Source: a virus
Reading direction: 5' to 3' (one strand)
Length of the DNA stretch: 20,696 bases
Virus genome (UHGV): UHGV-0115176
The translations under genes and the position numbers were made by a program. Positions 1 to 7,902 of this stretch are shown in pieces (the stretch's first letter is position 1; every line of letters starts with the position of its first letter). Under the pieces are notes generated by a model that saw only the letters and a list, made by a program, of their open reading frames with translations, was not told the origin of the DNA and did not search any database.

Positions 1-338
1 GCGCCAGAGAATTTCTGGTCGTAGATGATGTCTTCCGCTCGTGATGTGACGTCAGAAAAACCTTCCATTGACCGGAAGGTTCCCCATGTTTGCCTGGTGA
101 TATCAAGGAAGGTACACAATCCTGAAATAGTCATGGCTCGCATCTTAGGAAGATTAGCCTTAATTATTTCTCCCTGATATGAAAATACCTTACCCTCCCA
201 TAGCGGGTTAGCTTCCACCCACTCGAAGTATTCACAACAAGCAGCCCACAGCGCCTCAGGCGATTCGAATTTAGGGTTTCGCCCATGACTACTGCGGGCC
301 TCCCAGAATCGGTTGCCCTTTGGTGCTGCCATATTCAT
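1..338 (-). CDS. Terminase small subunit, 5' portion only (gene continues beyond the left edge)
   Basis: Minus-strand frame opens with ATG at 336-338 (second ATG 330-332) and has no stop down to position 3. Translation [49 protein letters not shown]... recalls small terminase subunits of enterobacterial prophages. Absent from the ORF track because there is no stop inside the window. Confidence 0.55.
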   Translation of the reverse strand, partial: MNMAAPKGNRFWEARSSHGRNPKFESPEALWAACCEYFEWVEANPLWEGKVFSYQGEIIKANLPKMRAMTISGLCTFLDITRQTWGTFRSMEGFSDVTSRAEDIIYDQKFSG

Positions 339-367
339 CTCACTTAATCGTTATTTCAGGTTGAGCA

Positions 368-610
368 TCATGCTCCGGTGGTGAACAGGTCTAACGCTTC
401 CTTCGATTTACGCACCGCTTCGATAGTGCGGGTCGTGATATCTGAATTAGCGCCACCTGACTGGAAGTGAATTTTGAATAGCTCAAGCTTCAGCTCGTCA
501 GTGCCAATGAACTGAAATGCTTCTTCTGCGGCTGCGTTCTGGTTCATGACCAGCTTGTAAATCTCTAACTGGAATTTCTGTTCTTCAGTCATGGGAATAA
601 TCTCTGCCAT
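368..610 (-). CDS. Hypothetical small protein (80 aa) immediately upstream of the terminase gene
   Basis: ORF-track ORF; ATG start at 608-610 with GGAG-type SD upstream on the minus strand; position typical of a small gene preceding terS. Confidence 0.55.
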   Translation of the reverse strand: MAEIIPMTEEQKFQLEIYKLVMNQNAAAEEAFQFIGTDELKLELFKIHFQSGGANSDITTRTIEAVRKSKEALDLFTTGA

Positions 611-962
611 TGTTGGCTCCGTTTATCCGTTAAAAGGGATATCAGTTAAGTTATCCCGTGTAGGGTATAAGTCATTGTCGAGACCACTCATTGAATGGTC
701 TCTGCAATAACCGATGTCTTTCCATCAGTCCGCCACCACAAAGAATCTTTTTTGCCATAAGGCAGGAGGTTCATCTTTCAGTGGCTGCCAGTGTTATTTC
801 CCCACTTTCTGGCTTGGGTTGTTTCGCTGTATTGCCGCAACTGGTGGTGCACAGATTTAGTTAAATCTGTTCTCGCCTGAACTATCTTTTACATACCCGG
901 ATTGTGGGGATGTAAATCACGGTTTCATTATCAAGCCCACCCGTAGATGGGCTTTGGAATGG

Positions 963-1220
963 CTACTTCGCTTTTGCTTCCGCTCGCTTACGCCGGCGCT
1001 CTTCTTTCCTCTCGGCTTTTGCCATGTCCATGAATGCCTGCATGATCGAGTTCCGCATCATGTAGCTAACAAAGTGATGATTGACACAGCCGTTGAGGCG
1101 CAGCTGCTCGCCAAACTCATCCACCGAGGCCAATGCTTCCATCATGCCCTTCTCGCCTTTCATGAACTCTGAGAAGTCGCGCCCCGCTCTGGAGGCGCAT
1201 TCAATAACACGATCACTCAT
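963..1220 (-). CDS. Hypothetical protein (85 aa), Lys/Arg-rich C-terminus
   Basis: ORF-track ORF; its start overlaps the stop of the upstream KilA-N gene (ATGA-type overlap at 1217-1220), suggesting translational coupling. Confidence 0.55.
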   Translation of the reverse strand: MSDRVIECASRAGRDFSEFMKGEKGMMEALASVDEFGEQLRLNGCVNHHFVSYMMRNSIMQAFMDMAKAERKEERRRKRAEAKAK

Positions 1221-1714
1221 CCCGGAAGCCCGGGGATCGTAATCTGCAGCTGGTTAGCCAGGGAGTTAATCTCAGCGACCAACACTGGCTTCGTATAGCG
1301 CCATGCTGCCAGCCCTTGTCCGCAGAAGCTCGCCATGTCTTTCTTCTGGTCAAACTCATGACATTTCATGTTGAGCTGCGCACTTAAGCTGTTGCGATGC
1401 TGAAGTTCTCCGGTGAAGTAGTCATCGAGGACTTTATAGGCCGCGTACTTGAACCCGGGGTTTAACCAAGCCGCATAATCGTAAGCAACAAACTTCCCGC
1501 CATATGTTCCACCGTGTACACCGCGCTCAGTAAAAACCACAGATTCGTGGTTTTTCTCCAGCTCGGCTAAGAACTCTTTGGTCTGCTTGTTTCGCAGGTA
1601 GTGGTAAGGCGATTCAGATTCACTTTTACCACTGGCTTTCCACATATCAGTGAGGCAGATCATGCCATCTTCACCGATACGAATTGGTTGATTGAAGAGG
1701 GTTAATGATTTCAT
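1217..1714 (-). CDS. KilA-N domain DNA-binding protein
   Basis: 165 aa; N-terminus MKSLTLFNQPIRIGEDGMICLTDMWKASGK matches the KilA-N/APSES-type fold pattern from memory; ATG start at 1712-1714. Confidence 0.65.
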   Translation of the reverse strand: MKSLTLFNQPIRIGEDGMICLTDMWKASGKSESESPYHYLRNKQTKEFLAELEKNHESVVFTERGVHGGTYGGKFVAYDYAAWLNPGFKYAAYKVLDDYFTGELQHRNSLSAQLNMKCHEFDQKKDMASFCGQGLAAWRYTKPVLVAEINSLANQLQITIPGLPG

Positions 1715-1829
1715 AGCGTGTACCTACTCTTTGAAATGAACCTTTGCCGCACAGGAAACCAGCCCACCGAGGCTCGCCAGCACTACCTGGTATCCTCAAA
1801 GGCCCATTCCAAAGGGGCAGGTTCGGTGT

Positions 1830-1854
1830 AAAAAACATGCGTTGCGGTACGCAT
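1830..1854 (-). terminator. Candidate intrinsic terminator (second of a tandem pair) downstream of Rz/Rz1
   Basis: Inverted repeat ATGCGT (1837-1842) / ACGCAT (1849-1854); on the minus-strand RNA the hairpin is followed by G then U6 (plus-strand A-run 1830-1835). Confidence 0.45.
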
Positions 1855-1861
1855 TTATTGC

Positions 1862-1884
1862 AAAAAGCCCCGCATCGCGAGGCT
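1862..1884 (-). terminator. Candidate intrinsic terminator (first of a tandem pair) downstream of Rz/Rz1
   Basis: Minus-strand RNA AGCCUCGC-GAU-GCGGGGCU (8 bp stem with one G-U) followed by UUUUU (plus-strand A-run 1862-1866); about 30 nt after the Rz stop at 1916. Confidence 0.5.
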
Positions 1885-1915
1885 CATTAAATTGACTTTG
1901 TGATTTGCAAAAAAA

Positions 1916-2353
1916 TTATTTCAGGCATTGCGTCCTGATGTATTCCTGCAGGTAGTTAACCTGCGCGGTTATCCTGTCGATTCCACTTCTGAGACGGTAA
2001 TAATTGAGTTCAGCATCTGCTGTAAGTCTTGGGCTTTCTCCATCGCCCATGCTGCTGGCTCCGGTCGTTGACTTTGCACAGGTGGCGGCGACTTGCAGGC
2101 GCTTACGACCAGCAGAAACATCAGCACGGAGACTTTCGATAGTCGCGTTAGCATCAGCAAGCTCCTTTGTGTATCTGGCGTCAAGTTCTGCTACATCACG
2201 TTGACGCTTCTGCATGTCAGCAATTGTGGATGCGGCCTTATCGCGCTGCTCTTTGTAGGCGATTGCGTTATCACGGTAATGATTAACAGCCCATGACAGG
2301 CAGACGATGATGCAGATAACCAGAGCGGAGATAATCGCGGTTACTCTGTTCAT
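1916..2353 (-). CDS. Rz: Rz-type i-spanin (inner-membrane spanin)
   Basis: N-terminal TM helix ([23 protein letters not shown]) then a charged, coiled-coil-like periplasmic domain; ATG at 2351-2353 overlaps the endolysin stop (ATGA). The ORF-track start at 2365 is a GTG; the ATG is preferred. Confidence 0.8.
   Translation of the reverse strand: MNRVTAIISALVICIIVCLSWAVNHYRDNAIAYKEQRDKAASTIADMQKRQRDVAELDARYTKELADANATIESLRADVSAGRKRLQVAATCAKSTTGASSMGDGESPRLTADAELNYYRLRSGIDRITAQVNYLQEYIRTQCLK
1969..2154 (-). CDS. Rz1: Rz1-type o-spanin lipoprotein, embedded in the +1 frame of Rz
   Basis: ORF 1969..2184 contains [20 protein letters not shown] (signal peptide with lipobox LVVSAC) followed by a Pro-rich short mature region; fully nested in Rz, the classic Rz/Rz1 arrangement. 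Start chosen at the Met preceding the signal peptide. Confidence 0.75.
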   Translation of the reverse strand: MLTRLSKVSVLMFLLVVSACKSPPPVQSQRPEPAAWAMEKAQDLQQMLNSIITVSEVESTG

Positions 2354-2853
2354 TGCTGACCCCACAAACAGATTTCACGCTCAATCTCACGACGAGTCAT
2401 GAGACCTTTCCATTGCTTACCGCCAGCATATGTCCAGCGACGTAGCTGATCACATGCACCTTTGATATCACCCTGGTTGATTTTGCGAAGAAGCGTCGAT
2501 GTTCTGAAATTGCCTGCGCCCACGTTATAGACGAACGAATAAAGAGCGCCGCGCGTTGTTTCCGGTATATCGACTTTGATGTACGGGTTAATTTGTCTGG
2601 CGACAGTGGCAAGGTCTTTATTCAAGAGTGCTTTGCATTCTGCTTTGGTATACGTTTTACCGAGCATGATGTCTTTTCCTGTATGCCCGTGACATACAGT
2701 CCATACACCAACAATATCTTTGTATGGTATGTAGCTGACACCTTCCAGGCCATCGTTACCACTTGGTCCAGTGATTAACACAGATGCTATAGCAATAGCC
2801 CCGCCACTTATCGCCGCTATTACGCTATTTCGTAGTGCCGGTGACATTGCCAT
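2350..2853 (-). CDS. R: SAR endolysin (phage lysozyme, P21 R-like)
   Basis: 167 aa; N-terminal signal-arrest-release segment [17 protein letters not shown] followed by a T4-lysozyme-type catalytic region; as I recall it is almost identical to phage 21 endolysin R21. ATG start at 2851-2853. Confidence 0.9.
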   Translation of the reverse strand: MAMSPALRNSVIAAISGGAIAIASVLITGPSGNDGLEGVSYIPYKDIVGVWTVCHGHTGKDIMLGKTYTKAECKALLNKDLATVARQINPYIKVDIPETTRGALYSFVYNVGAGNFRTSTLLRKINQGDIKGACDQLRRWTYAGGKQWKGLMTRREIEREICLWGQQ

Positions 2854-3028
2854 TCAATCTGTCCTCGCGCTCTTTGCGCTTGTAGTACCAGTTGATGCCA
2901 AATGTGCCGACAGTACAAAGAATACCAATGATGACAGCCCAGTCATTCAGGGAGAGAATGCCACCCATCGCAGTCAGTCCTCCGAAGCTGTAACTGAACC
3001 ATTCTCTGATTTTGTCCATACGGTACAT
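2825..3028 (-). CDS. S: Class II holin (pinholin-like) with dual-start motif
   Basis: 67 aa with two predicted TM segments and a charged C-terminus; begins MYRMDKI (Met1 and Met4 separated by Arg), the holin/antiholin dual-start pattern; overlaps the endolysin start by 29 nt. Confidence 0.8.
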   Translation of the reverse strand: MYRMDKIREWFSYSFGGLTAMGGILSLNDWAVIIGILCTVGTFGINWYYKRKEREDRLNGNVTGTTK

Positions 3029-3034
3029 GCTCTA

Positions 3035-3050
3035 CCCCTTCATTGAGGGG
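3035..3050 (-). promoter_or_regulatory. Small hairpin sequestering the holin Shine-Dalgarno (sdi-like)
   Basis: Minus-strand RNA CCCCU-CAAUGA-AGGGG; the 3' arm is the G-rich SD located 6 nt before the holin ATG. Confidence 0.35.
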
Positions 3051-3430
3051 ATTTGCTCTATTTAATTAGGAATAAGGTCGATTACTGATAGAACAAATCC
3101 AGGCTACTGTGTTTAGTAATCAGATTTGTTCGTGACCGATATGCACGGGCAAAACGGCAGGAGGTTGTTAGCGCAACCTCTTGCCACCCGCTTTCACGAA
3201 GGTCATGTGTAGAAGGCCGCAGCGTAACTATCACTGATGAATTCAGGATAGCCAGTGGCTACGGCTCAGTTTGGGTTGTGCTGTTGCTGGGCGGCGATGA
3301 CGCCTGTACGCATTTGGTGATCCGGTTCTGCTTCCGGTATTCGCTTAATTCAGCACAACGGAAAGAGCACTGGCTAACCAGGCGCGCCGACTCTTCACGA
3401 TTATCGACTCAATGCTCTTACCTGTTGTGC

Positions 3431-3478
3431 AAATAAAAAAAGCCACCGTTGCAACTTAAGAGTCACTAACGGCAGCTT
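3431..3478 (-). terminator. Candidate intrinsic terminator immediately 3' of HNH endonuclease gene 1
   Basis: Minus-strand RNA stem GCUGCCGUU / AACGGUGGC (9 bp including 2 G-U) with a 17-nt loop, followed by U7AUUU (plus-strand A-run 3431-3441). The long loop lowers confidence. Confidence 0.35.
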
Positions 3479-3484
3479 ACATCT

Positions 3485-3997
3485 TTAAACGGTATGATAT
3501 TTCATTCTGGCTGCCTCAAAAGCCGCAGCGGCAAGTTCGGCAGTGTCATGGTATCCAAGGTTAATACACTTTCCAGACGCATTAATTCTTGCTCTCCATT
3601 TCCCGTACTTAGCATCCCAAGACACGCCACGGTATCCAGATTTATTATTCTTCTGAATTTTCCTGTTTTGCATATTTTCGGAATGAGTGACAAGACGAAG
3701 ATTTGATATCCGGTTATCTGTTCTTACCCTGTTGATGTGATCAATAAAACCATCGGGCATGGTGCCATAAACAATCAACCATGCCAGTCTGTGAGCAGGG
3801 CATGCTTTACCATTAATCATAATCATTAAATACCCATCAGAATTTATTGATGAGCATTTCTTGAAAGCAAAACGAGAGTTCCATGTCAAAGTGGTCCTCT
3901 CTCTCCCCTGCCTCCATCTCCAGTGAAAGTCGCCTGATGATGGATTGTAATCAACAACAGAAAGCACCATTTCTGGCGTTAATTTTATTTCTTTCAT
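3485..3997 (-). CDS. HNH homing endonuclease with C-terminal AP2-type DNA-binding domain (copy 1)
   Basis: 170 aa; motif GFIDHINRVRTDNRISNLRLVTHSENMQN (HNH) then YRGVSWDAKYGKWRARI...GYHDTAELAAAAFEAA (AP2-like). ATG at 3995-3997 with AAGGT SD. Confidence 0.85.
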   Translation of the reverse strand: MKEIKLTPEMVLSVVDYNPSSGDFHWRWRQGRERTTLTWNSRFAFKKCSSINSDGYLMIMINGKACPAHRLAWLIVYGTMPDGFIDHINRVRTDNRISNLRLVTHSENMQNRKIQKNNKSGYRGVSWDAKYGKWRARINASGKCINLGYHDTAELAAAAFEAARMKYHTV

Positions 3998-4115
3998 CGC
4001 TTTACCTTAGGGATAGAGCCTGTTCGCGTAGATATGACAGCCAAGAGCGGAGCGATGTTTCCACCACCATATCTCAGGCCCATATCACTAAGACTCTTGT
4101 TTTGATTGCACGCGA

Positions 4116-4144
4116 ATGCAAAAAAGCCCACAGGAGGTGGGCTT
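4116..4144 (-). terminator. tR'-like intrinsic terminator downstream of Q
   Basis: Minus-strand RNA AAGCCCAC-CUCCU-GUGGGCUU (perfect 8-bp stem) followed by UUUUUUGC; about 50 nt after the Q stop codon (4192-4194). Confidence 0.6.
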
Positions 4145-4184
4145 GTGATGGTTGCTGAATGCAAAAGCAGCAGCATATGTGAAT

Positions 4185-4214
4185 ATTATGGCTAAATGGC
4201 TAATTGCATGTCAA
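4185..4214 (-). promoter_or_regulatory. Candidate late promoter pR' (-35 TTGACA, -10 CATAAT) overlapping the 3' end of Q
   Basis: Minus-strand TTGACA (plus 4209-4214), 18-nt spacer, CATAAT (plus 4185-4190) directly after the Q stop; the predicted start would give a short (~60 nt) terminated leader ending at the tR'-like hairpin, analogous to lambda 6S RNA. Confidence 0.4.
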
Positions 4215-4710
4215 GACTTTTAACAGCAACATGCTTAACTTTCTCAACACGTTTACGCATTTTGAAAGCATTTTGCATTGGTTGGTACAAAACAAATAAC
4301 GACGCTTTCAGGATGTCGTCAATTTCGTTTCTACAGGTTGCCATTGAAGGTTTTCTCCATCCCTCGCCACCACGTCCACACATCTTGCGTGGCTTTGCAG
4401 TCGCGTGATAGTAGGATGCAATTGCTCGCTTAGATGAACCATGAGCGTAGTAGCTGAGGAGGATGCCAAAGGCTTTCTTGTCAATGTACATGACGGAATC
4501 GACGACCTGAGAAATCAACATTCCATCATCATCATTACACATTGGCCTTGTCATAACTCTTCCCGGCTCTACGCTCTCCATGAACTTCGCTATTACGCTG
4601 CTCATGCGCTTTTCCAGACGACCTGAATAAACCCATGCGCCCCACAGTTCAAGCCAGCCATTCAGCCACTCATGCTGTTCTTTGGTGAGGTTTAGTTCTC
4701 TTATGCCCAC
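4192..4710 (-). CDS. Late-gene antiterminator Q (QuuD-type family)
   Basis: 172 aa; LELWGAW... and [14 protein letters not shown] motifs resemble Q-family antiterminators of E. coli prophages; sits between ninI and the lysis cassette. The start at 4708-4710 is GTG, overlapping the ninI stop. Confidence 0.75.
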   Translation of the reverse strand: MGIRELNLTKEQHEWLNGWLELWGAWVYSGRLEKRMSSVIAKFMESVEPGRVMTRPMCNDDDGMLISQVVDSVMYIDKKAFGILLSYYAHGSSKRAIASYYHATAKPRKMCGRGGEGWRKPSMATCRNEIDDILKASLFVLYQPMQNAFKMRKRVEKVKHVAVKSLDMQLAI

Positions 4711-5372
4711 GCGCCTTCTCCCTGTACCTGAATCAATGTGAGATTTCCGCAGAACACTGCGCCGGTATCGATATACATCTGGTTGGCAAATTTGAGCGGT
4801 TTCACTGCTGGCGTATGACCAAAGATGAACATGTCCGCGCCTTTGATTTCTTTCACGATCCCGTCTTGTGAGTTGCTGATTCGTTCGCGGTTCCAGATTA
4901 CCTGCTGATGATCAACTGGCTTTCCAAACTCGTATTCGTCACAAGGATAATCGGCGTGGCAGATGACATATTTTTTATCTTTGCTCACCAGTTCGATGAT
5001 TAACGGAAGTTCATCTGCTTTATGGGCAAGAGCTTTAGCCAGAATTTCTTTGTCGTAATCGAGATTAAAGAACCAGCCACCGCCATTAAGCAGCCAGTGA
5101 TTGACGTTTCCACGCTCTGATAAGCCATCAATCATCATGTGCTCATGGTTTCCACGTACAGCTCTGAACCAGGGGAATGTGATTAATTCCAGGCATTCAA
5201 CGTTCTCTGCACCACGATCAACCAAATCGCCAACCGAGATAAGCAGGTCTTTTTTGGTGTCGAATCCAATCGTATCCAGTTTGTTCATCAGGTTCGTGTA
5301 GCATCCGTGCAGGTCGCCAGCTACCCAAATATTTCGGTATTTGCTGCCATCAATTCTTTCGTAGATATTCAT
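4701..5372 (-). CDS. ninI: Ser/Thr protein phosphatase NinI (lambda PPase)
   Basis: 223 aa; metallophosphatase motifs GDLHG, GDLVDRG, GNHE; near-identical over its length to lambda NinI as I recall it; the ATG overlaps the ninG stop. Confidence 0.9.
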   Translation of the reverse strand: MNIYERIDGSKYRNIWVAGDLHGCYTNLMNKLDTIGFDTKKDLLISVGDLVDRGAENVECLELITFPWFRAVRGNHEHMMIDGLSERGNVNHWLLNGGGWFFNLDYDKEILAKALAHKADELPLIIELVSKDKKYVICHADYPCDEYEFGKPVDHQQVIWNRERISNSQDGIVKEIKGADMFIFGHTPAVKPLKFANQMYIDTGAVFCGNLTLIQVQGEGAWA

Positions 5373-5980
5373 GCTGCCTCACTTCTGCTGTTTCGCAGAT
5401 TTTTAAGTTTCTGCTGATACTCCGCCTTGATGGCCCTGCACTCTTCGACAGTCCAGCGATGGCGGTTATGGTTTAATTCGATTTCGTCTACTGCTTCCTG
5501 CCCGATGCGATTAATCAGTTCGACGCGATACGGAACGAGATTTCCGCTTTTGTGCTGGTTGCACACCACGCATTGCTTGTGAATATTGCGTTCATCAAAT
5601 CGGAGTTGAGGTGCCGCAGCAGTTGTCCGGTAATGTCCGGCATCCCACTGAGCAGACGTGAGCGTTCCGCACGAGATACATGGTAAGTCGCGGTCTCTTT
5701 CTCTGATGAAGGCGTTTACGGCTTGTTGGGCTTGTTTAATCCAGTAACTGCGGGGCTTTAAGGCGAGTTTTCGAATCTTAAGTTTATCTTTCTGTTTCTG
5801 CTCCTCTCGTCGTCGTTTCTTCTCTGCTGCTTTTTCCGCTTTTTCGCGTTCTTTACTTCGTCGTTCGAGTGCTATCTTGGTTCCACACTCTGGAGAGCAC
5901 CACCACTGATTAGCGAATGCAGGATGAAACCATTCCCGACATTTATCGTTTTTACATCGTCTTCGCGCTGGTTTAGCCAT
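5369..5980 (-). CDS. ninG: NinG (Rap) recombination-associated protein
   Basis: 203 aa; [41 protein letters not shown]... essentially lambda NinG from memory. Confidence 0.9.
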   Translation of the reverse strand: MAKPARRRCKNDKCREWFHPAFANQWWCSPECGTKIALERRSKEREKAEKAAEKKRRREEQKQKDKLKIRKLALKPRSYWIKQAQQAVNAFIRERDRDLPCISCGTLTSAQWDAGHYRTTAAAPQLRFDERNIHKQCVVCNQHKSGNLVPYRVELINRIGQEAVDEIELNHNRHRWTVEECRAIKAEYQQKLKNLRNSRSEAA

Positions 5981-6143
5981 CGTCTTCTTCCTCGTGCATC
6001 GAGCTATTCGGATCGCTCATCAGTTCTGCACAGCAGTGCTCACACACGTGAACTTCCAGCACATGCAGCTTCTGACCGCAGTTAGCGCACGTTAAAGCTC
6101 GCTCGACGCTTTCTTGTTCGTAACTTCGATTTTGGTCAATCAC
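5973..6143 (-). CDS. ninF: NinF-like small Cys-rich protein (GTG start)
   Basis: Not in the ORF track (56 aa). Hand translation from GTG at 6141-6143 gives [56 protein letters not shown], matching the lambda NinF C-terminal two-thirds. The stop overlaps the ninG start and the GTG overlaps the ninE stop. Confidence 0.7.
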   Translation of the reverse strand: MIDQNRSYEQESVERALTCANCGQKLHVLEVHVCEHCCAELMSDPNSSMHEEEDDG

Positions 6144-6322
6144 CTTGTTTTCCTCGCACGTTCTCTAAGCCACCGGATATCCCACAGGTGAGCCGTGTAG
6201 TTGAAGGTTTTTACGTCAGATTCTTTTGGGATTGGCTTGGGTTTATTTCTGGAGCGTTTCGTTGGAAGGTATTTGCAGTTTTCGCAGATTATGTCGGTGA
6301 AACTTCGTCGCTGTCGTCTCAT
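6140..6322 (-). CDS. ninE: NinE
   Basis: 60 aa from the internal ATG at 6320-6322: [60 protein letters not shown], near-identical to lambda NinE; the ORF-track ORF 6140..6382 carries an upstream extension. Confidence 0.85.
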   Translation of the reverse strand: MRRQRRSFTDIICENCKYLPTKRSRNKPKPIPKESDVKTFNYTAHLWDIRWLRERARKTR

Positions 6323-6759
6323 GCCGCCCTGTCTCCCCATCGCGCTTTCCATTCGAGAGCCAGTCGCGCTTCGTCTGACCACTTAACGCCACGCTCTGTA
6401 CCGAATGCCTGTATAAGCTCTAATAGCTCCGCAAATTCGCTTACACGCATCCTGCTGGTTGACTGGCCTATTACCACAAAGCCATTCCCGGCAAGGTTAG
6501 GAACAACGTCCTGCTGCTTTAATGCTGCGGTAAACACACACTTCCAGCTTTCTGCATCCAGCCAGCGCCCATGCCATTCAACCTGACGAGAGACGTCACC
6601 AAGGCAAGCCCAAAGCTTTCGATTCTGGTCTAAGCTGCGGTTGCGTTCCTGAATGCTTACTACGATTGGTTTGGTTGGGTCTGGAAGGATTTGCTGGATA
6701 GCTTGAATGGCGTTCTGCTGATGGATGGGGCTTCTTAGTTCAAATGTTAGTTTCCTCAT
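6319..6759 (-). CDS. ninB: NinB (Orf) recombination mediator
   Basis: 146 aa from the ATG at 6757-6759 ([34 protein letters not shown]...), near-identical to lambda NinB; the stop overlaps the ninE start. Confidence 0.9.
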   Translation of the reverse strand: MRKLTFELRSPIHQQNAIQAIQQILPDPTKPIVVSIQERNRSLDQNRKLWACLGDVSRQVEWHGRWLDAESWKCVFTAALKQQDVVPNLAGNGFVVIGQSTSRMRVSEFAELLELIQAFGTERGVKWSDEARLALEWKARWGDRAA

Positions 6760-6922
6760 CACCCTTAATCCTCTCGAAGTTCTTCTCGAAGTTTTTGGTG
6801 TCGAACACTGACCACCGACCATTATGAATGGCGTATGCACAGGTCTTGTTTTCGTCCTGATAAACTACCCTTACCTTGCGATAAAACCGTGGCTTAATCT
6901 CTCTGAATATTTGCTCGCTCAT
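6740..6922 (-). CDS. Hypothetical small protein (60 aa)
   Basis: ATG at 6920-6922 preceded by GAAGGAG SD; MSEQIFREIKPRFYRKVRVVYQDENKTCAYAIHNGRWSVF...; overlaps the ninB start by 20 nt in another frame. Confidence 0.6.
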   Translation of the reverse strand: MSEQIFREIKPRFYRKVRVVYQDENKTCAYAIHNGRWSVFDTKNFEKNFERIKGDEETNI

Positions 6923-6932
6923 GCTCACTCCT

Positions 6933-7148
6933 TCACTTTAAATCCAGACTCCGGATTATTCTGTTGCGCTGAAACTCATTGTTGAGTCTGAACAACCGCC
7001 GAAGAACACGGTCACGCGGATAGCGTCGTGCGGCAGGTGAATGCTCATACAACTCATCAAGCGGCAAACTGGACGATGAACGATACCGATACCAACGCGC
7101 CAACTCTTCACGAAAATTAGCCCTGACAAGCTCAGCTATCGTACTCAT
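6933..7148 (-). CDS. Hypothetical Arg-rich small protein (71 aa)
   Basis: ATG at 7146-7148 with TGGAGGA SD 8-9 nt upstream; no family recognised. Confidence 0.6.
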   Translation of the reverse strand: MSTIAELVRANFREELARWYRYRSSSSLPLDELYEHSPAARRYPRDRVLRRLFRLNNEFQRNRIIRSLDLK

Positions 7149-7171
7149 TTCTTAAATCCTCCAATTACTCT

Positions 7172-7210
7172 CCCCCAAATAAAAAGGCCTGCGATTACCA
7201 GCAGGCCTTT
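7172..7210. terminator. Strong hairpin / candidate bidirectional intrinsic terminator overlapping the stop of HNH gene 2
   Basis: Perfect 10-bp inverted repeat AAAGGCCTGC (7183-7192) / GCAGGCCTTT (7201-7210) with an 8-nt loop; U-rich tracts follow on both strands (minus UUUUAUUUG; plus AUCUUUUUUU). Confidence 0.6.
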
Positions 7211-7820
7211 ATCTTTTTTTAACACGCTTTCGAGTCCTTTTAGATTTTTCCTTAAGATATTCCGCAAGTTTATCCTCATCATTATTAAATTGAGATAAAA
7301 GCTCATGCTCGCAATTAAGTGCTTTACTCGCATAAGTTCCATATAGTTTCTTTCTTGCTAGTGCTGCTATGAATGCTGCATCTTCTTTGCTATCGAAATA
7401 CCCTAACGATATTGTCTTATTTTTATAACCAACATAAGACTTCCACCTGCCAGTTGTCTTATCCCAAGACACTCCAATCGCACCGGATGTGTTTAACCTA
7501 TTCCCTACAATGTTTCTTGCATTCTGCTCCTCTGTTGCCAGTCTTAGATTTGAAATCCTATTGTCAAGTCTGTTCCCATTTACATGATCAATAAACTTAG
7601 GAGGCCATTTTTTGTATACATAGAACCAAGCAAGTCTATGCGCATAATACAAAACATTATTTATGCTAATGCATATATAACCACCACTAACACCTCCAGC
7701 AATACTACCTTTTACTCTTACTACTGAATTTGTTTTTAGCCATTTAAATATTCCTGTTTCTGAGTCATATGATAATGTTGACAGAAGCTCATCGTGATCA
7801 ATTAGTTTTTTTATTCGCAT
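7209..7820 (-). CDS. HNH homing endonuclease with AP2-type domain (copy 2, AT-rich)
   Basis: 203 aa; FIDHVNGNRLDNRISNLRLATEEQNARN (HNH) and GVSWDKTTGRWKSYVGYKNKTISLGYFDSKEDAAFIAA (AP2-like); paralogous to 3485..3997. Markedly AT-rich with no recognisable SD before the ATG at 7818-7820. Confidence 0.85.
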   Translation of the reverse strand: MRIKKLIDHDELLSTLSYDSETGIFKWLKTNSVVRVKGSIAGGVSGGYICISINNVLYYAHRLAWFYVYKKWPPKFIDHVNGNRLDNRISNLRLATEEQNARNIVGNRLNTSGAIGVSWDKTTGRWKSYVGYKNKTISLGYFDSKEDAAFIAALARKKLYGTYASKALNCEHELLSQFNNDEDKLAEYLKEKSKRTRKRVKKR

Positions 7821-7902
7821 AAAGAATATACTTAATAATATATACAGTAAGAACCATTAGTAACGATAACCCTGCTATCAGCTCAGTGATGTAGATGGCC
7901 AT

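Noticed and set aside
7145-7342. Minus-strand ORF 7145..7342 (65 aa)
   Set aside because: Overlaps the 3' end of HNH gene 2 in another frame and runs through the terminator hairpin; AT-rich shadow ORF.
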